A DNA stretch of 64,000 nt from Spirochaetia bacterium (GTDB lineage Bacteria > Spirochaetota > Spirochaetia > SZUA-6 > Bin103), in the NCBI GenBank assembly GCA_965203515.1, contig OZ241907.1, positions 3,424,001-3,488,000 of the forward strand, given 5' to 3'. The notes under the pieces are model-generated. The model was not told the DNA's origin. It searched no databases and was given only the letters and a program-made list of their open reading frames with translations. This document shows positions 21,051 to 32,571 of the stretch, in pieces. Within the stretch, counting starts at the first letter, position 1, and the number at the start of each line of letters is the position of its first letter. Position numbers and translations under genes: made by a program.

Positions 21051-21116
21051 TTTGAAGCGCCGGCGCCGTCCCGTCGTTGTCTTGGGTTGAGACCGATTCA
21101 TCACAGGAGGCAAACG

Positions 21117-21518
21117 ATGAACAACCTCAACTCCGTCTTGCTGGAAGGCAACCTGACGCGCGATCCGGAGCTGCGCTACACCCCCAAGGGGACCGCCGTC
21201 TGCAACTTCTCGATCGCCTGCAACCGCTCCTACAAGCAGGACGAACAGCGGCAGCAGGAGGTGTCGTTCTTCGACATCACCACCTGGTCGCGGCTGGCCG
21301 AGATCTGCGCCGAGTACCTGGTGAAGGGCCGGGGCGTGCGCGTGGTCGGGCGCCTGAAGCAGGACCGGTGGGATGACGACAGCGGCCAGCGGCGGTCCCG
21401 GGTCGGGGTCATCGCCGAGCACGTGGAGTTCAAGCCGCAGCGGCGCGAAGATGCCGAGTCCGCCCCGGAGGCGGAGGCGATGGCTGCCGAACCGGAGCCG
21501 GCGCAGGCGACCGCGTAG
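21117..21518 (+). CDS. ssb: single-stranded DNA-binding protein
   Basis: NSVLLEGNLTRDPELRYT, LVKGRGVRVVGRLKQDRW; RBS AGGAGG. Confidence 0.95.
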   Translation: MNNLNSVLLEGNLTRDPELRYTPKGTAVCNFSIACNRSYKQDEQRQQEVSFFDITTWSRLAEICAEYLVKGRGVRVVGRLKQDRWDDDSGQRRSRVGVIAEHVEFKPQRREDAESAPEAEAMAAEPEPAQATA

Positions 21519-21542
21519 CGCTGCTCACCGCCCGCGCGGTCT

Positions 21543-21579
21543 GAGGGGGCCACCGGAGGCCGGTACCGGTGGCCCCCTC
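21543..21579. terminator. perfect 14-bp stem hairpin after ssb (no U-tract)
   Basis: GAGGGGGCCACCGG-N9-CCGGTGGCCCCCTC. Confidence 0.6.
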
Positions 21580-21612
21580 GCCGCGGTAGTATCGGCGCCG
21601 GAGGCGAGGGCG

Positions 21613-22074
21613 ATGACGACACCGGAGAGACCGACCACCGACGCCGGCTACCTGGAGGCCGCCGCGCGCATCATCTTCATGGGCGGGCTGAATCGGCGGG
21701 TGGTCGATGGCAAGTGGGACGGCTTTCGGCAGGCGTTCCATGGCTTCGACGTGGCCGCCGTGGCGGCGATGGGGCCGGCCGACGTGGAGCGGCTCGCGCA
21801 GGACGACCGCGTGATCAAGTACGCGGCCAAGCTGCAGGCGGTGATCGCCAACGCCCGGGAGATGCGGCAGGTCGCCGCCGAGCACGGCAGCTTCGGCGCC
21901 TACCTGGAGTCGGCGGTCGCCGCCGGCGTGCCGGCCGCCTGCACGGCGCTGTCCAGGCGGTTCGCCTACGTTTCCCGGGACGGCGCCCGCAACTGGCTCT
22001 ACTCGACCGGCCATGACGTGGGCCCGGTGACCGACAAGGTCCGCGAGAAGTACGCGCCCTACCGTCCGGCCTGA
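21613..22074 (+). CDS. DNA-3-methyladenine glycosylase I family protein (short form)
   Basis: IFMGGLN..VV..KWDGFRQAFHGFD, VIKYAAKLQAVIANA. Confidence 0.8.
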   Translation: MTTPERPTTDAGYLEAAARIIFMGGLNRRVVDGKWDGFRQAFHGFDVAAVAAMGPADVERLAQDDRVIKYAAKLQAVIANAREMRQVAAEHGSFGAYLESAVAAGVPAACTALSRRFAYVSRDGARNWLYSTGHDVGPVTDKVREKYAPYRPA

Positions 22075-22086
22075 CGCGCGGCCCCG

Positions 22087-23472
22087 GTGACACTCCGCAC
22101 CAAGCTCGGGTACGGCGCCGGCGACCTGGGCGGCAACCTCTTCTTCACGGTCGTCAGCTTCCACCTGCTCATCTTCTTCACCGATACGGTGGGGCTGTCG
22201 CCGGCCCTGACCGGACTGGCGTTCACGGTCGCGCGCCTCTGGGACGCGGTGACCGACCCGTTGATGGGCGTGCTCTCCGACCGCACCCGCACCCGCTGGG
22301 GCCGCCGCCGGCCCTACCTGCTGGCCGGCGCGCCGCTGCTGCTGGCCGGCATCGCCGTGCTGTTCACCGATCCCGGCCTGCGGACGCCGGGAGCGTCGTT
22401 CGTCTGGGCGGCGGTCGTCTACAGCCTGGTGAACACCGCCTACACGGTGGCGTTCATCCCCTACAACTCGCTGACGCCGGACCTCGCCCCGGCCTCGGAT
22501 GAGCGGACCGCGCTGAACGGCTACCGCATGACCTTCGCCGTGATCGGCACGCTGATCGGCGCGGCCGGGTTTCCGGCGCTGGCGGCGGCGCTCGGCCCCG
22601 GCGCGCCCGGCTACGCCGGCGCCGGCCTGATCACCGGCGCGATCGTCTGCGCGGGGCTGCTGGTCACCTTCCTGACGGTCCGCGAACCGCCGCTGCCGGC
22701 GCGTCCCGCGCGCAGCGCCGCCGGCGCCGGCGCTGGCGCTGGCGGCCTGCGGCCGGTGCTGCAGGCGCTCGGCAACCGCGCCTTCCTGCTGGTGCTGATT
22801 CCCTGGACCCTGCACATGGTCGGCATCTCGCTGGTGTCGCCCATGGTCGTCTTCTACTTCAAGTACGTGCACGCCGACGAAGGGCTGTCGCAGATCGCCC
22901 TGGGGGTGCTGCTGATCGCGGCCATGGCGTCGATCGCGGTCTGGGTGCGGGTCGGCCGGCGGTTGGAGAAGCGCACCTGCTACAACCTGGGGATGGTCTG
23001 GTTCTGCGTCTGCCTGCTCGCCGCCGCCGCGTTCGGCCAGCGCAGCGTGCCGCTCACGCTGGTCGTGATCGGCCTGGCCGGCTTCGGCCTGGCCGCCCAC
23101 TACGTGTTTCCGTGGTCGATGCTGCCGGACGCGATCGACGCCGGCGCGGCGGCCTCCGGCCGGCGGGACGAAGGGGTCTACTACGGCCTGTGGACCCTGC
23201 TGCAGAAGGGCGGGCAGGCGCTGGCGCCGCTGCTCATCGGCATCACCCTGACCGCCGGCGGCTACGTGGCCGACGCGGCGCAGACGCCGGCCGCGCTGAC
23301 CGGCATCCGACTGCTGGTGGGGCCGTTCCCGGCGGTCTTCTTTGCCGCCGCGGTGGCGGTCCTCACCGCCTACCCGATCACCCGCGCCGCGCACGCGCAG
23401 CTCGCCGAACGGCTGACGGCGGCGCGCGGCGCGCCGCCCGCCAGCGCGCCGCCGCCCGGCGCTGAGCGGTAG
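22087..23472 (+). CDS. MFS transporter, glycoside-pentoside-hexuronide (MelB-like) family
   Basis: KLGYGAGDLG, WDAVTDPLMGVLSDRTRTRWGRRRPY, about 12 TM segments, RRDEGVYYG. Confidence 0.9.
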   Translation: MTLRTKLGYGAGDLGGNLFFTVVSFHLLIFFTDTVGLSPALTGLAFTVARLWDAVTDPLMGVLSDRTRTRWGRRRPYLLAGAPLLLAGIAVLFTDPGLRTPGASFVWAAVVYSLVNTAYTVAFIPYNSLTPDLAPASDERTALNGYRMTFAVIGTLIGAAGFPALAAALGPGAPGYAGAGLITGAIVCAGLLVTFLTVREPPLPARPARSAAGAGAGAGGLRPVLQALGNRAFLLVLIPWTLHMVGISLVSPMVVFYFKYVHADEGLSQIALGVLLIAAMASIAVWVRVGRRLEKRTCYNLGMVWFCVCLLAAAAFGQRSVPLTLVVIGLAGFGLAAHYVFPWSMLPDAIDAGAAASGRRDEGVYYGLWTLLQKGGQALAPLLIGITLTAGGYVADAAQTPAALTGIRLLVGPFPAVFFAAAVAVLTAYPITRAAHAQLAERLTAARGAPPASAPPPGAER

Positions 23473-23477
23473 GCCGA

Positions 23478-26400
23478 ATGGGCGCCGGAATGCCCGGTGG
23501 CACGGTCGCCGTGGGCGGCACGGTCGCCGTGGGCGGCACGGTCGCCGTGGGCGGCGCGGTCGCCGTGGACGGCGCGATCGCCGTGCGCGGCGCGCGCGCC
23601 AACAACCTCCGCGACCTCGACGTCGACATCCCGCTGGCGCGCATGACCGTGGTCACCGGCGTGTCCGGCTCCGGCAAGTCGTCGCTGGCGTTCGACACCA
23701 TCTACGCCGAGGGTCAGCGGCGTTACGTGGAGACCTTCTCCGCCTACACGCGCCAGTTCCTGGACCGGATGGACCGCCCGGCGGTCGACGCGGTCGAGGG
23801 GGTGCCGCCCGCCATCGCCATCGACCAGACCAACCCGGTGCGCACGTCGCGTTCCACGGTCGGCACCATGACCGAGCTCAACGACTACCTGAAGCTCCTG
23901 TACGCGCGCGCCGCCGGGCTCTCCTGCCGCCGCTGCCGCCGCCCCGTGCAGGTGGAGACGCCGCAGACGATCGGCGCGGAGATCCTGCGGTCGGCGCCGG
24001 ACCGGCAGCTCGCGCTGATCACCTTCGAGGCGGCGGTGCCGGCAAACTTCACGCCGGCGGAGGTGCGCGCCCTGCTGGCCGCCAAGGGCTACCACCGCAT
24101 CCACGCCGAACGGCGCGCCACCCGCTCGCGCCCGCGGCGCCTGGAGGTGATCCAGGACCGGGTGGCGCTGACCGCGCGCAACCTGCCGCGCATCGTCGAG
24201 GACCTGGAGGCCGCCCTGGAGCACGGCCACGGCCGCGTGGCGGTCCGCGCCGCGGCGCCCGACGGCAGCGTGGGCCGGCCGCGCCGGTTCTCCGCGGACC
24301 TGCACTGCGCGGCGTGCGATATCGCCTACCGCGAGCCGCTTCCCAGCCTGTTCTCCTTCAACTCCCCGGTCGGCGCCTGCGAACGGTGCCGCGGCTTCGG
24401 GCGTATCATCACCATCGACTACGATCTGGTGATCCCGGACCGGCGCCGCTCGCTGGCCGACGGCGCCGTGCGGCCGTGGCAGAGCAAGAGCTACGCCGAG
24501 TGCCAGGACGACCTGATCGGCTTCGCGCGGCGCCGCGGCGTCCCGATCGACGCGCCGTGGCAGGAGTTGTCGGCCGCCGATCGCCGCTGGGTGATCGACG
24601 GCGAAGGATCGCACGCCGAGGGGTGCTGGTACGGCGTGCGCCGCTTCTTCGACTGGCTGGAGGGGCGCGCCTACCGCATGCACGTGCGGGTGCTGCTGTC
24701 GCGGTACCGCGCCTACGTGGAGTGCCCGGAGTGCCGGGGCACGCGCCTGAAGCCCGACGCGCTGCTGTGGCGGCTCGGCGCCGGCACCGGCTCCGGCGAC
24801 GGATACCACGTCCACGAGGTCGCGCTGCTGTCGATCGACGCGTGCGAGCGCTTCTTCGGCGAGCTGGCGGCGCCGGCCGCGGTCGCGGCCGGGGTGGAGC
24901 CGGTGCTGGCCGACATCCGCACGCGCCTGCGCTACCTGGCGGAGGTGGGGCTGGGCTATCTCACGCTGGACCGGCAGTCGCGCACGCTGAGCGGCGGCGA
25001 GGTGCAGCGCATCAACCTGACCACCGCGCTCGGCACGCAGCTCGTGAACGCGCTGTTCGTGCTGGACGAGCCGAGCATCGGCCTGCACCACCGCGACGTG
25101 GAGCGGCTGATCGGCGTGCTGCACCGCCTGCGCGATGCGGGCAATACCCTGCTGGTCGTCGAGCACGACCCGGCGGTGATCCGCGCCGCCGACCACGTCG
25201 TCGACCTGGGACCGGGGCCGGGCCGCCGCGGCGGCCGCATCGAATACGCCGGCTCGGTCGCCGGGCTCGCCCGTTCCGAGGCGCTGACCGGCCGCTACCT
25301 CAGCGGCCGTCTGCAGGTGGCCGGACCGGACGGCCGCCGGCCGGCCGACCGCGGCCGGCTGCGGGTGCGCGGCGCCCGCGCCAACAACCTCAAGCGCATC
25401 GACGTCGACTTCCCGCTGGGGGCGCTGGTCTGCCTTGCCGGGGTCTCCGGTTCCGGCAAGTCGACCCTGCTGACCGACATCCTGTTTCCGGCGGTGCGCC
25501 GCGCCAAGGGGCTGCCGGCGGAGGCGCCGGGCGCCCACCGCGCCGTGCTGGGCTGCGACCGCCTGGCGGCGATCGAGCTGATCGATCAGAGTCCGATCGG
25601 CAAGTCGGCGCGCTCCACGCCGGCCAGCTACGTCAAGGCGCTCGATCCGATCCGCAAGCTGTTCGCCGCCACGGACCTGGCGCGCGGCCGCGGCTACACC
25701 GCCGGCACCTTCAGCTTCAACACCGGCGACGGGCGCTGCCCGACCTGCAGCGGCGCCGGCTTCGAGCACGTCGAGATGCAGTTCCTCTCCGACGTCTACC
25801 TGCGGTGCGCGGACTGCGACGGCCGCCGCTTCCGACCGGAGGTGGAGGAAGTGCGCGTGCGCGGCCGATCGATCGCGGACGTGCTCGACATGACCGCCGG
25901 TGAGGCGCACGACGCCTTTCCGGAGCCGGCCGTGCGGTCGGCGTTGCGGCCGCTGGCCGACGTGGGACTCGGCTACCTGACCCTGGGACAGGCGGTGCCG
26001 ACCCTGTCCGGCGGCGAGGCGCAACGACTGAAGATCGCCGGGCACCTGGCCGGCGCCGCGGCGGCCGGCGCCGGCCGCCGCGGCCGGTCCCGCAGCGGCG
26101 AGCCGCGTCCGGGCGTCCTGTTCCTGATGGACGAGCCGACCACCGGACTCCACTTCGCCGACATCGCCGTGCTGATCGACGCGCTGCGCAGTCTGGTGGC
26201 CGCCGGCCATTCGCTGATCGTGGTGGAGCACAACCTGGACGTGCTGGCCGCCGCCGATCATCTCATCGAGCTGGGGCCCGAAGGCGGCGCTGCCGGCGGC
26301 CGGGTCATCGCCGCCGGCGCGCCGGAGGAGATCGCCCGCGCCGCCGGCACCCCCACGGCGCTGGCGCTGCGCGACCGGGGCCGGCAGCTCCCGCCAGCCG

Positions 26401-29075
26401 GCGCGGCGGGCGCGCCGACCGCTCCGGGCGCGCCGACCGCGGCGGTCGTACCGACCGCGGCGCCGCGCAGCGACGGCGCCATCCGCGTGCGGCGCGCCCG
26501 CGAGCACAACCTGCGCGGCATCGACCTGGCGATTCCGCGCGATCGGTTCACGGTGGTCACCGGCGTGAGCGGCTCGGGCAAGAGCACGCTGGCCTTCGAC
26601 GTGCTGTTCGCGGAGGGCCAGCGCCGCTACCTGGAATCGCTGAACGCCTACGTCCGGCAGTTCGTGCAGCCGGCGGCGCGCCCCGACCTGGACGGGCTGT
26701 CGGGCATGCCGCCGGCGGTGGCGATCGAGCAGCGCACCAGCCGCGGCGGCCGCAAGAGTACGGTCGCCACGCTCACCGAGATCTACCACTTTCTGCGGCT
26801 GCTGTACGTGCGGCTTGGCGTCCAGCACTGTCCCGAGTGCGGGGCGGCGATCGAGCCGCAGAGCGCCGCCGCGATCGGCGCCGCCATCCTGGATCGGTTC
26901 GCCGGCCGGCGGGCGATGGTCCTGGCGCCGCTGGTGAGCGGGCGCAAGGGCTACTACACCGACTTGGCGGCGTGGGCCGCCGGCAAGGGGTTCGCGGAGC
27001 TGATGGTCGACGGCCGGCTGCTGGCGACCGAGCCGTGGCCGCGTCTGGACCGCTTTCGCGAGCACGACATCGACGCGCCGGTCGCCGCCATCGACGTCGA
27101 CCGGCGCGCCGCCGCGGCGGTGGAAGCCGCCGTGGCGCAGGCGCTGGAGTTCGGCCGCGGCGCCCTGCACGTGCGCGAGGTCGACGGCGGCGGTCGCGCC
27201 GGCGCCGCGCACGTCTATTCGACCCGGCGAGCCTGCCCGAGCTGCCGGCGCAGCTTTCCCGAGCTCGACCCGCGGCTGTTCTCCTTCAACTCCCGGCACG
27301 GCTGGTGCCCGGTCTGCTTTGGCACCGGCCTGGAGCTGCCCGGCTTCGACGTCGAGCACACCGGCGAGGAGGCGTGGTGGAACGAGTCGTGGGAGGGGCA
27401 GGAACTGCCGTGTTCCGGCTGCGCCGGCCGGCGCCTGCGGCCGGAGGCGCTGGCGGTGACCGTGGGCGGCCGCTCCATCGACGATCTGGGCAGCCTGGCG
27501 GTGCAGGCGCTGCCGGCCGCGCTGCGCGCCTTGCCGTTCGACGACCGGCAGCGGACGATCGCGCGCGACATCGCCCGCGAGCTGCACGCGCGCCTGGGGT
27601 TCCTGCATCAGGTGGGACTGGGCTACCTCGGTCTGGACCGCGCGGCGCCGACCCTGAGCGGCGGCGAGGCGCAGCGCATCCGGCTGGCCGCGCAGCTCGG
27701 ATCGCAGCTCCGCGGCGTCTGCTACGTGCTGGATGAGCCGTCGATCGGCATGCACGCGCGCGACAACCATCTGCTGCTGGCTACCCTGCGGCGGCTGCAG
27801 GAGCGGGGCAATACCGTCGTGGTGGTGGAGCACGACGAGGAGACGATCCGGAGCGCCGATCACGTCGTCGACCTCGGTCCGGGAGGCGGTACCGAGGGCG
27901 GCCGGTTGGTCGCGCACGGCAGCCTGGCCGAGGTGATGGCGAGCGACGCCTCCGCCACCGGCCGGATGCTGCGCGCGCCCGGCCGGCATCCGATCATCGA
28001 GCGGCGGCGCGATCCCGACGCCGGCTGGCTGACCGTCAGGGAGGCGGCGCTGCACAACCTGCGCGGCATGGACGTGCGCATCCCCCTGGCGGCGGTCACC
28101 TGCATCACCGGCGTGAGCGGCTCGGGCAAGAGCACCCTGGCGCGCCGGCTGCTGTTCGATCAGGTGCGCGAACGGCTGGCGGCGCGAGCGGCGCGCCGCT
28201 CCCGGCGCACGCCGCGCGCCGCGTGGGTCGGCTGCCGCTCGATCGAGGGGTGGGAGGCGCTGCGCCGCGCCCTGCAGGTCGACCAGACGCCGATCGGCAA
28301 GACGCCGCGCTCCTGCCCGGCCACCTACGTGGGGGTCTGGGACGAGGTGCGCGCCCTGTTCGCCGCCGCCACCGAGTCGCGCATCCGCGGCTACGGCGCC
28401 GGCCGCTTCTCCTTCAACGTCGACGGCGGCCGGTGCGCGGCGTGCGCGGGCCAGGGGGTGAAGAAGCTGGAGATGAGCTTCCTGCCGGACGTGGCGATCC
28501 GCTGCGAGGCGTGCGGCGGCGATCGCTTCGATCAGGAGACGCTGGCGGTGCGGGTCCACGATCGATCGGTTGCCGACGTGCTGGCGCTCGACGCGGCGGC
28601 CGCGGCCGAGGTGTTCGCCGCCCACCCGCGCGTCGCGCCGACCCTGCGTCTGCTGGTGGAAGTGGGGCTGGGGTACCTGCAGCTGGGGCAGCCCAGCCCG
28701 ACGCTGAGCGGCGGCGAGGCGCAGCGCATCAAGCTGGTCGCCGAGCTGGCCAAGCGCGCGCCGGGGGGCGCGGCCGGCGCCGGCGGAACGCTCTACGTCC
28801 TGGACGAGCCGACGATCGGCCTGCACATGGCCGACGTCGACCGGCTCACGCGCGTGCTGCATCGGCTGGCCGACCGCGGCGACACGGTGGTGGTGGTCGA
28901 GCACAACCTCGACCTGATCGCCGAGGCCGACCACGTCATCGACCTGGGCCCCGACGCCGGCGAAGCCGGCGGCCGCGTGGTGGCGGAGGGACCGCCGCCG
29001 CAGGTGGCGGCGGTGCGCCGCGGGTCACGCACGGCGCCGGTGCTCGCCCGCTTCCTGCGCGAGCGCGCCGCCTGA
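23478..29075 (+). CDS. uvrA: excinuclease ABC subunit A, double-length (two fused UvrA units)
   Basis: Four GVSGSGKS Walker A motifs, four LSGGE signatures, repeated Zn fingers, 1865 aa. Confidence 0.93.
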   Translation: MGAGMPGGTVAVGGTVAVGGTVAVGGAVAVDGAIAVRGARANNLRDLDVDIPLARMTVVTGVSGSGKSSLAFDTIYAEGQRRYVETFSAYTRQFLDRMDRPAVDAVEGVPPAIAIDQTNPVRTSRSTVGTMTELNDYLKLLYARAAGLSCRRCRRPVQVETPQTIGAEILRSAPDRQLALITFEAAVPANFTPAEVRALLAAKGYHRIHAERRATRSRPRRLEVIQDRVALTARNLPRIVEDLEAALEHGHGRVAVRAAAPDGSVGRPRRFSADLHCAACDIAYREPLPSLFSFNSPVGACERCRGFGRIITIDYDLVIPDRRRSLADGAVRPWQSKSYAECQDDLIGFARRRGVPIDAPWQELSAADRRWVIDGEGSHAEGCWYGVRRFFDWLEGRAYRMHVRVLLSRYRAYVECPECRGTRLKPDALLWRLGAGTGSGDGYHVHEVALLSIDACERFFGELAAPAAVAAGVEPVLADIRTRLRYLAEVGLGYLTLDRQSRTLSGGEVQRINLTTALGTQLVNALFVLDEPSIGLHHRDVERLIGVLHRLRDAGNTLLVVEHDPAVIRAADHVVDLGPGPGRRGGRIEYAGSVAGLARSEALTGRYLSGRLQVAGPDGRRPADRGRLRVRGARANNLKRIDVDFPLGALVCLAGVSGSGKSTLLTDILFPAVRRAKGLPAEAPGAHRAVLGCDRLAAIELIDQSPIGKSARSTPASYVKALDPIRKLFAATDLARGRGYTAGTFSFNTGDGRCPTCSGAGFEHVEMQFLSDVYLRCADCDGRRFRPEVEEVRVRGRSIADVLDMTAGEAHDAFPEPAVRSALRPLADVGLGYLTLGQAVPTLSGGEAQRLKIAGHLAGAAAAGAGRRGRSRSGEPRPGVLFLMDEPTTGLHFADIAVLIDALRSLVAAGHSLIVVEHNLDVLAAADHLIELGPEGGAAGGRVIAAGAPEEIARAAGTPTALALRDRGRQLPPAGAAGAPTAPGAPTAAVVPTAAPRSDGAIRVRRAREHNLRGIDLAIPRDRFTVVTGVSGSGKSTLAFDVLFAEGQRRYLESLNAYVRQFVQPAARPDLDGLSGMPPAVAIEQRTSRGGRKSTVATLTEIYHFLRLLYVRLGVQHCPECGAAIEPQSAAAIGAAILDRFAGRRAMVLAPLVSGRKGYYTDLAAWAAGKGFAELMVDGRLLATEPWPRLDRFREHDIDAPVAAIDVDRRAAAAVEAAVAQALEFGRGALHVREVDGGGRAGAAHVYSTRRACPSCRRSFPELDPRLFSFNSRHGWCPVCFGTGLELPGFDVEHTGEEAWWNESWEGQELPCSGCAGRRLRPEALAVTVGGRSIDDLGSLAVQALPAALRALPFDDRQRTIARDIARELHARLGFLHQVGLGYLGLDRAAPTLSGGEAQRIRLAAQLGSQLRGVCYVLDEPSIGMHARDNHLLLATLRRLQERGNTVVVVEHDEETIRSADHVVDLGPGGGTEGGRLVAHGSLAEVMASDASATGRMLRAPGRHPIIERRRDPDAGWLTVREAALHNLRGMDVRIPLAAVTCITGVSGSGKSTLARRLLFDQVRERLAARAARRSRRTPRAAWVGCRSIEGWEALRRALQVDQTPIGKTPRSCPATYVGVWDEVRALFAAATESRIRGYGAGRFSFNVDGGRCAACAGQGVKKLEMSFLPDVAIRCEACGGDRFDQETLAVRVHDRSVADVLALDAAAAAEVFAAHPRVAPTLRLLVEVGLGYLQLGQPSPTLSGGEAQRIKLVAELAKRAPGGAAGAGGTLYVLDEPTIGLHMADVDRLTRVLHRLADRGDTVVVVEHNLDLIAEADHVIDLGPDAGEAGGRVVAEGPPPQVAAVRRGSRTAPVLARFLRERAA
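23499..23570 (+). repeat. 18-bp tandem repeat at the uvrA 5' end (GGTVAV x4-5)
   Basis: ggcacggtcgccgtgggc repeated. Confidence 0.85.
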
Positions 29076-29091
29076 CCGGATCGCCTCAGCC

Positions 29092-30006
29092 TCAGCCGCC
29101 GCCGAAGCAGCCGCCGCCGTGTACGTCGCCGTGGGCGCTCGGCCGCGCCGACTGGCCCCACGGCATCGGCATGGTCGGCGGCGCCGCGTGGTGGTCGCCG
29201 CGCGGCGGTTTCGGGCGGGCCCGGAACTCGGTGACCATGCGCGCCAACTGTCGCGCCGCCTCGCGCACGGCGCGCTCGCCCTTCTCCCGGGTGGCCAGCG
29301 CGGCCTGGCCCAGCACCCCGGAATCGCTGTAGGAGGCGGTCCAGGAGGTCACGTTGCCCGGCCCGTGGCCGAACAGATCGGTGAATTGAAAGTCCGAGCC
29401 GTAGCGGTGGTAGGCGATCGCGCCGTCGGCGATCAGCTCCGTGCGCACGTCGTCGGCCGCCAGGTACAGGTACACGGAGGTCTCCAGCTCGCAGGCGTGG
29501 GCGATGCCGCCGGGAAAGCGGCTCTCACGCCAACTCGGCAGGAACTCCGGGTCGACCGCCAGCAACTGCCACCACGAACAGGCGGCGCACTCGGCGTCGG
29601 TCTCCAGGTTCACCCGGCGCGCGGCCAGGTCGAGGTTGGGCGCGTTGGAGCCGTGGCCGTTGAGGAATACGATCTTCTTGAAGCCGTGGTAGGCCAGGCT
29701 CGCGCCGATGTCGACGATGCACTTGATGAAGTGCTCCCAGTGGATGTTGGTGGTGCCGGGGAAGTCCATCACGTGGGCGGCGTAGCCGTGCACGAACGGA
29801 TGCATCACCAGCACCTGGTCGGGAATCTGCCGCGCGGCCGCCTCGGCAACGCCGCACGGGCAGACCACGTCGACGTCCAGCGGCAGATGGGGGCCGTGCT
29901 GCTCGGTCGACCCGACCGGACAGACCACCACCCGTTCCTGCTTCACCGCGTCGTTGATCTCCGGCCAGGTCAGCTTCTCGTAGCGCCACGGCTCAGATCG
30001 TGCCAT
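29092..30006 (-). CDS. creatininase family amidohydrolase
   Basis: [35 protein letters not shown]. Confidence 0.92.
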   Translation of the reverse strand: MARSEPWRYEKLTWPEINDAVKQERVVVCPVGSTEQHGPHLPLDVDVVCPCGVAEAAARQIPDQVLVMHPFVHGYAAHVMDFPGTTNIHWEHFIKCIVDIGASLAYHGFKKIVFLNGHGSNAPNLDLAARRVNLETDAECAACSWWQLLAVDPEFLPSWRESRFPGGIAHACELETSVYLYLAADDVRTELIADGAIAYHRYGSDFQFTDLFGHGPGNVTSWTASYSDSGVLGQAALATREKGERAVREAARQLARMVTEFRARPKPPRGDHHAAPPTMPMPWGQSARPSAHGDVHGGGCFGGG

Positions 30007-31729
30007 CGGTTCCTCCTTGCGCCCGCTCGATCCTGGCCCAGGTATCGCGCAGGCCGATGGTGCGGTTGAAGACCGGCCGCCCGGGCGCCGCGTCGCGCGC
30101 GTCGGGGCAGAAGTAGCCGGTGCGGATGAACTGCACCGGCACGGACGGCTCCGCGTCGGCCAATCCCGGCTCCAGCTTGCAGCCGGTGAGCACGCGCAGG
30201 GCGTCCGGGTTGAGGTGGTCGCGCCAGTCTTCGCCCTCGGCCAGGTCGTTCATGTCGGCCTTGGTGAACAGCCGGTCGTACAGGCGCACCTCGGCGTCCA
30301 GCGCGTGCGCGGCGGAGACCCAGTGCAGGGTGCCGCGCACCTTGCGGCCGTCGGCGGTGCCGCCCCCGCGCGAAGCGGGGTCGTAGGTGCAGCGCAGCTC
30401 GATGGGGCGGCCCTGCGCGTCCCGGACCACCTCGTCGCAGGTGACGTAGCAGGCGTGCTTGAGCCGCACTTCGCGCCCGACCGCCAGCCGGAACCACTTG
30501 CGCGGCGGATCGTCCCGGAAGTCGCCGCGCTCGACGTACAGCTCGCCGCTGAACGGCACCTGCCGGGTGCCGGCCGACGGGTCCTCGGGGTTGTTATCGC
30601 ACTCGACCAGCTCCACCTGCCCGGCCGGGTAATTGGTGATGATCAGCCGGATCGGGTCGAGCACGGCCATGACGCGCCGCGCCGTGCGGTTGAGGTGCTC
30701 GCGCAGCAGGTGTTCGAACCGCTCGATCTGCACCAGCACGTGCGTCTTGCTCAGGCCCACCGCGGTCGCGAAGCGGCGCAGCGCCGCCGGCGGCACGCCG
30801 CGCCGGCGGAGCGCGGCGATGGTCGGCAGCCGCGGATCGTCCCAGCCGGTGACGTGGCCGGCCTCCACCATCTCCTTGAGGCGGCGCTTGCCGGTCATGG
30901 TGTGCGAAAGGTAGAGATGGTTGTATTCGATCTGGCGCGACGGAAAGATGCCCAGCGCCGCGATGAACCAGTCGTACAGCGGCCGGTGCGGCTCGTATTC
31001 CAGCGTGCACAGGGAGTGGGTGACCCCCTCGATCGAGTCGGATTGGCCGTGCGCCCAGTCGTAGGTGGGGTAGATGCGCCAGCGGCCGCCGGTGCGGTGG
31101 TGCACGGTGCGCATGATGCGGTACATCACCGGGTCGCGCAGGTAGACGTTGGGCGCCGCCATGTCGATCTTGGCGCGCAGCACGCAGGCGCCCTCCTCGA
31201 ACTCGCCGGCGCGCATGCGGCGGAACAGGTCGAGATTCTCCGCCACCGAGCGGGTGCGGTAGGGGCTGTCGCGGCCGGCCGCCTGCGCGACGCCGCGGTA
31301 GGCGATGATCTCCTCCGCGCTCAGGTCGTCGACGTACGCCTTGTCGGCTTCGATGAGCTGGACGGCCAGCTCGTAGAGCCGCTCGAAGTAGTCGGAGGCG
31401 TAGTACTCGCGCGGCCCCCAGTCGAAGCCGAGCCAGCGGATGTCGGTCTTGATCTGTTCGACGTACCGGGTCTCCTCCCGCTCGGGGTTGGTGTCGTCGT
31501 AGCGCAGCGCGCAGGTGCCGCCGAATTCGGCGGCGATGCCGAAGTTGACGCAGATCGCCTTGACGTGGCCGACGTGCAGATAGCCGGACGGCTCCGGCGG
31601 GAAGCGGGTCCGCACCCGGCCGCCGTAGCGGCCGGCGTCTACGTCGCGCTTGACCGCGGCGCGCACGAAGTCCGCGCCGGTGGGGCCGGTGGGGATGGTC
31701 GCCGGTCCGCCGGCGGCCGGGCCGCTCAT
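29993..31729 (-). CDS. glnS: glutamine--tRNA ligase
   Basis: [62 protein letters not shown]. Confidence 0.95.
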   Translation of the reverse strand: MSGPAAGGPATIPTGPTGADFVRAAVKRDVDAGRYGGRVRTRFPPEPSGYLHVGHVKAICVNFGIAAEFGGTCALRYDDTNPEREETRYVEQIKTDIRWLGFDWGPREYYASDYFERLYELAVQLIEADKAYVDDLSAEEIIAYRGVAQAAGRDSPYRTRSVAENLDLFRRMRAGEFEEGACVLRAKIDMAAPNVYLRDPVMYRIMRTVHHRTGGRWRIYPTYDWAHGQSDSIEGVTHSLCTLEYEPHRPLYDWFIAALGIFPSRQIEYNHLYLSHTMTGKRRLKEMVEAGHVTGWDDPRLPTIAALRRRGVPPAALRRFATAVGLSKTHVLVQIERFEHLLREHLNRTARRVMAVLDPIRLIITNYPAGQVELVECDNNPEDPSAGTRQVPFSGELYVERGDFRDDPPRKWFRLAVGREVRLKHACYVTCDEVVRDAQGRPIELRCTYDPASRGGGTADGRKVRGTLHWVSAAHALDAEVRLYDRLFTKADMNDLAEGEDWRDHLNPDALRVLTGCKLEPGLADAEPSVPVQFIRTGYFCPDARDAAPGRPVFNRTIGLRDTWARIERAQGGTDGTI

Positions 31730-32367
31730 GACGGGGACCGGTAGGCGACGATCAGCCCGTCGCGGATCGGCGCCAGGGACACGGTCCAGCCGCGGTCGGC
31801 GGTGATCAGGGCGGTGAAGCGCCGCACCCCTTCGGTGTCCGCGGAGCGGTCGGCGGCGTCGAAGATGCGCCCGCTCCACAGCATGTTGTCGATGATCAGC
31901 ACGCCGCCGGGCCGCAGCTTCCGCTCGATCACCGGCAGCGAGTCCGGGTAGAGGCGCTTGTCGATGTCGTTGAAGATCACGTCGTAGGGGCCTTCCGCCT
32001 CGTTCAGGGCGGCGACCGCCTCGCCCACGTGGTAGCGGACGATGTCCCGGTAGCCGAGCGCCGCCAGGTGCCGGCGGGCGCGCGCCGACAGCTCCGCGTC
32101 CCAGACGACGTGGTGCACGGTGCCGCCGCCGTTCTCCCGGACGGCGCGCGCGAACCAGGCGGTCGAGTACCCGAACCCGGAGCCGAGCTCGAAGACCGAG
32201 CGGGCGCCGATCATGCGGGTGACCTGATAGCAGAGCTGGCCGGAGGCCGGTCCCACGATCGGAAAGCCGGTCCGGCGGGCGTGCTCCTCCATTGCGGCGA
32301 GCTCGGCGGGGCGGGCGGGAACGAGGTCGTCGAGATAGCGGCGTACCTCGGGAGCGATCGGGTCCAT
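31726..32367 (-). CDS. class I SAM-dependent O-methyltransferase (CCoAOMT/YrrM-like)
   Basis: [41 protein letters not shown] 32367 with GAGGA. Confidence 0.9.
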   Translation of the reverse strand: MDPIAPEVRRYLDDLVPARPAELAAMEEHARRTGFPIVGPASGQLCYQVTRMIGARSVFELGSGFGYSTAWFARAVRENGGGTVHHVVWDAELSARARRHLAALGYRDIVRYHVGEAVAALNEAEGPYDVIFNDIDKRLYPDSLPVIERKLRPGGVLIIDNMLWSGRIFDAADRSADTEGVRRFTALITADRGWTVSLAPIRDGLIVAYRSPS

Positions 32368-32465
32368 GCGCGATCCTCCCCGCTTGGCGCGCGGCGCGCA
32401 AGCGGCGGCCGTCGAGGTGTTGAGCACGGGTGGCACCGGCGGTATCGACGAGAACGAAGCATCAT

Positions 32466-32571
32466 TGACTACCGATTGGTGGTGAAGATCAATTACCGAT
32501 ATCGGGTCGTCTACGTGCGATTCGCAGGAACCCACGTCGAGTATGACGCCGTGAACGCGGAGGAGGTATGA
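32466..32571 (+). pseudogene. higB: 3' remnant of a HigB-family toxin
   Basis: DYRLVVKINYRYRVVYVRFAGTHVEYDAVNAEEV* matches the HigB C-terminus; no recognisable N-terminal portion or start; stop overlaps the next ATG. Confidence 0.75.

Noticed and set aside
23370..28934. 1854-aa minus-strand ORF, and similar long ORFs at 168-2828, 2823-5408, 13990-16941, 18534-21422 and 36612-39194
   Set aside because: Antisense shadows of real genes caused by high-GC codon bias; Arg/Ala/Gly-rich with no family motifs.
29092..30006. Mycofactocin MftE / RiPP locus
   Set aside because: No precursor peptide or radical SAM gene nearby; generic creatininase family only.
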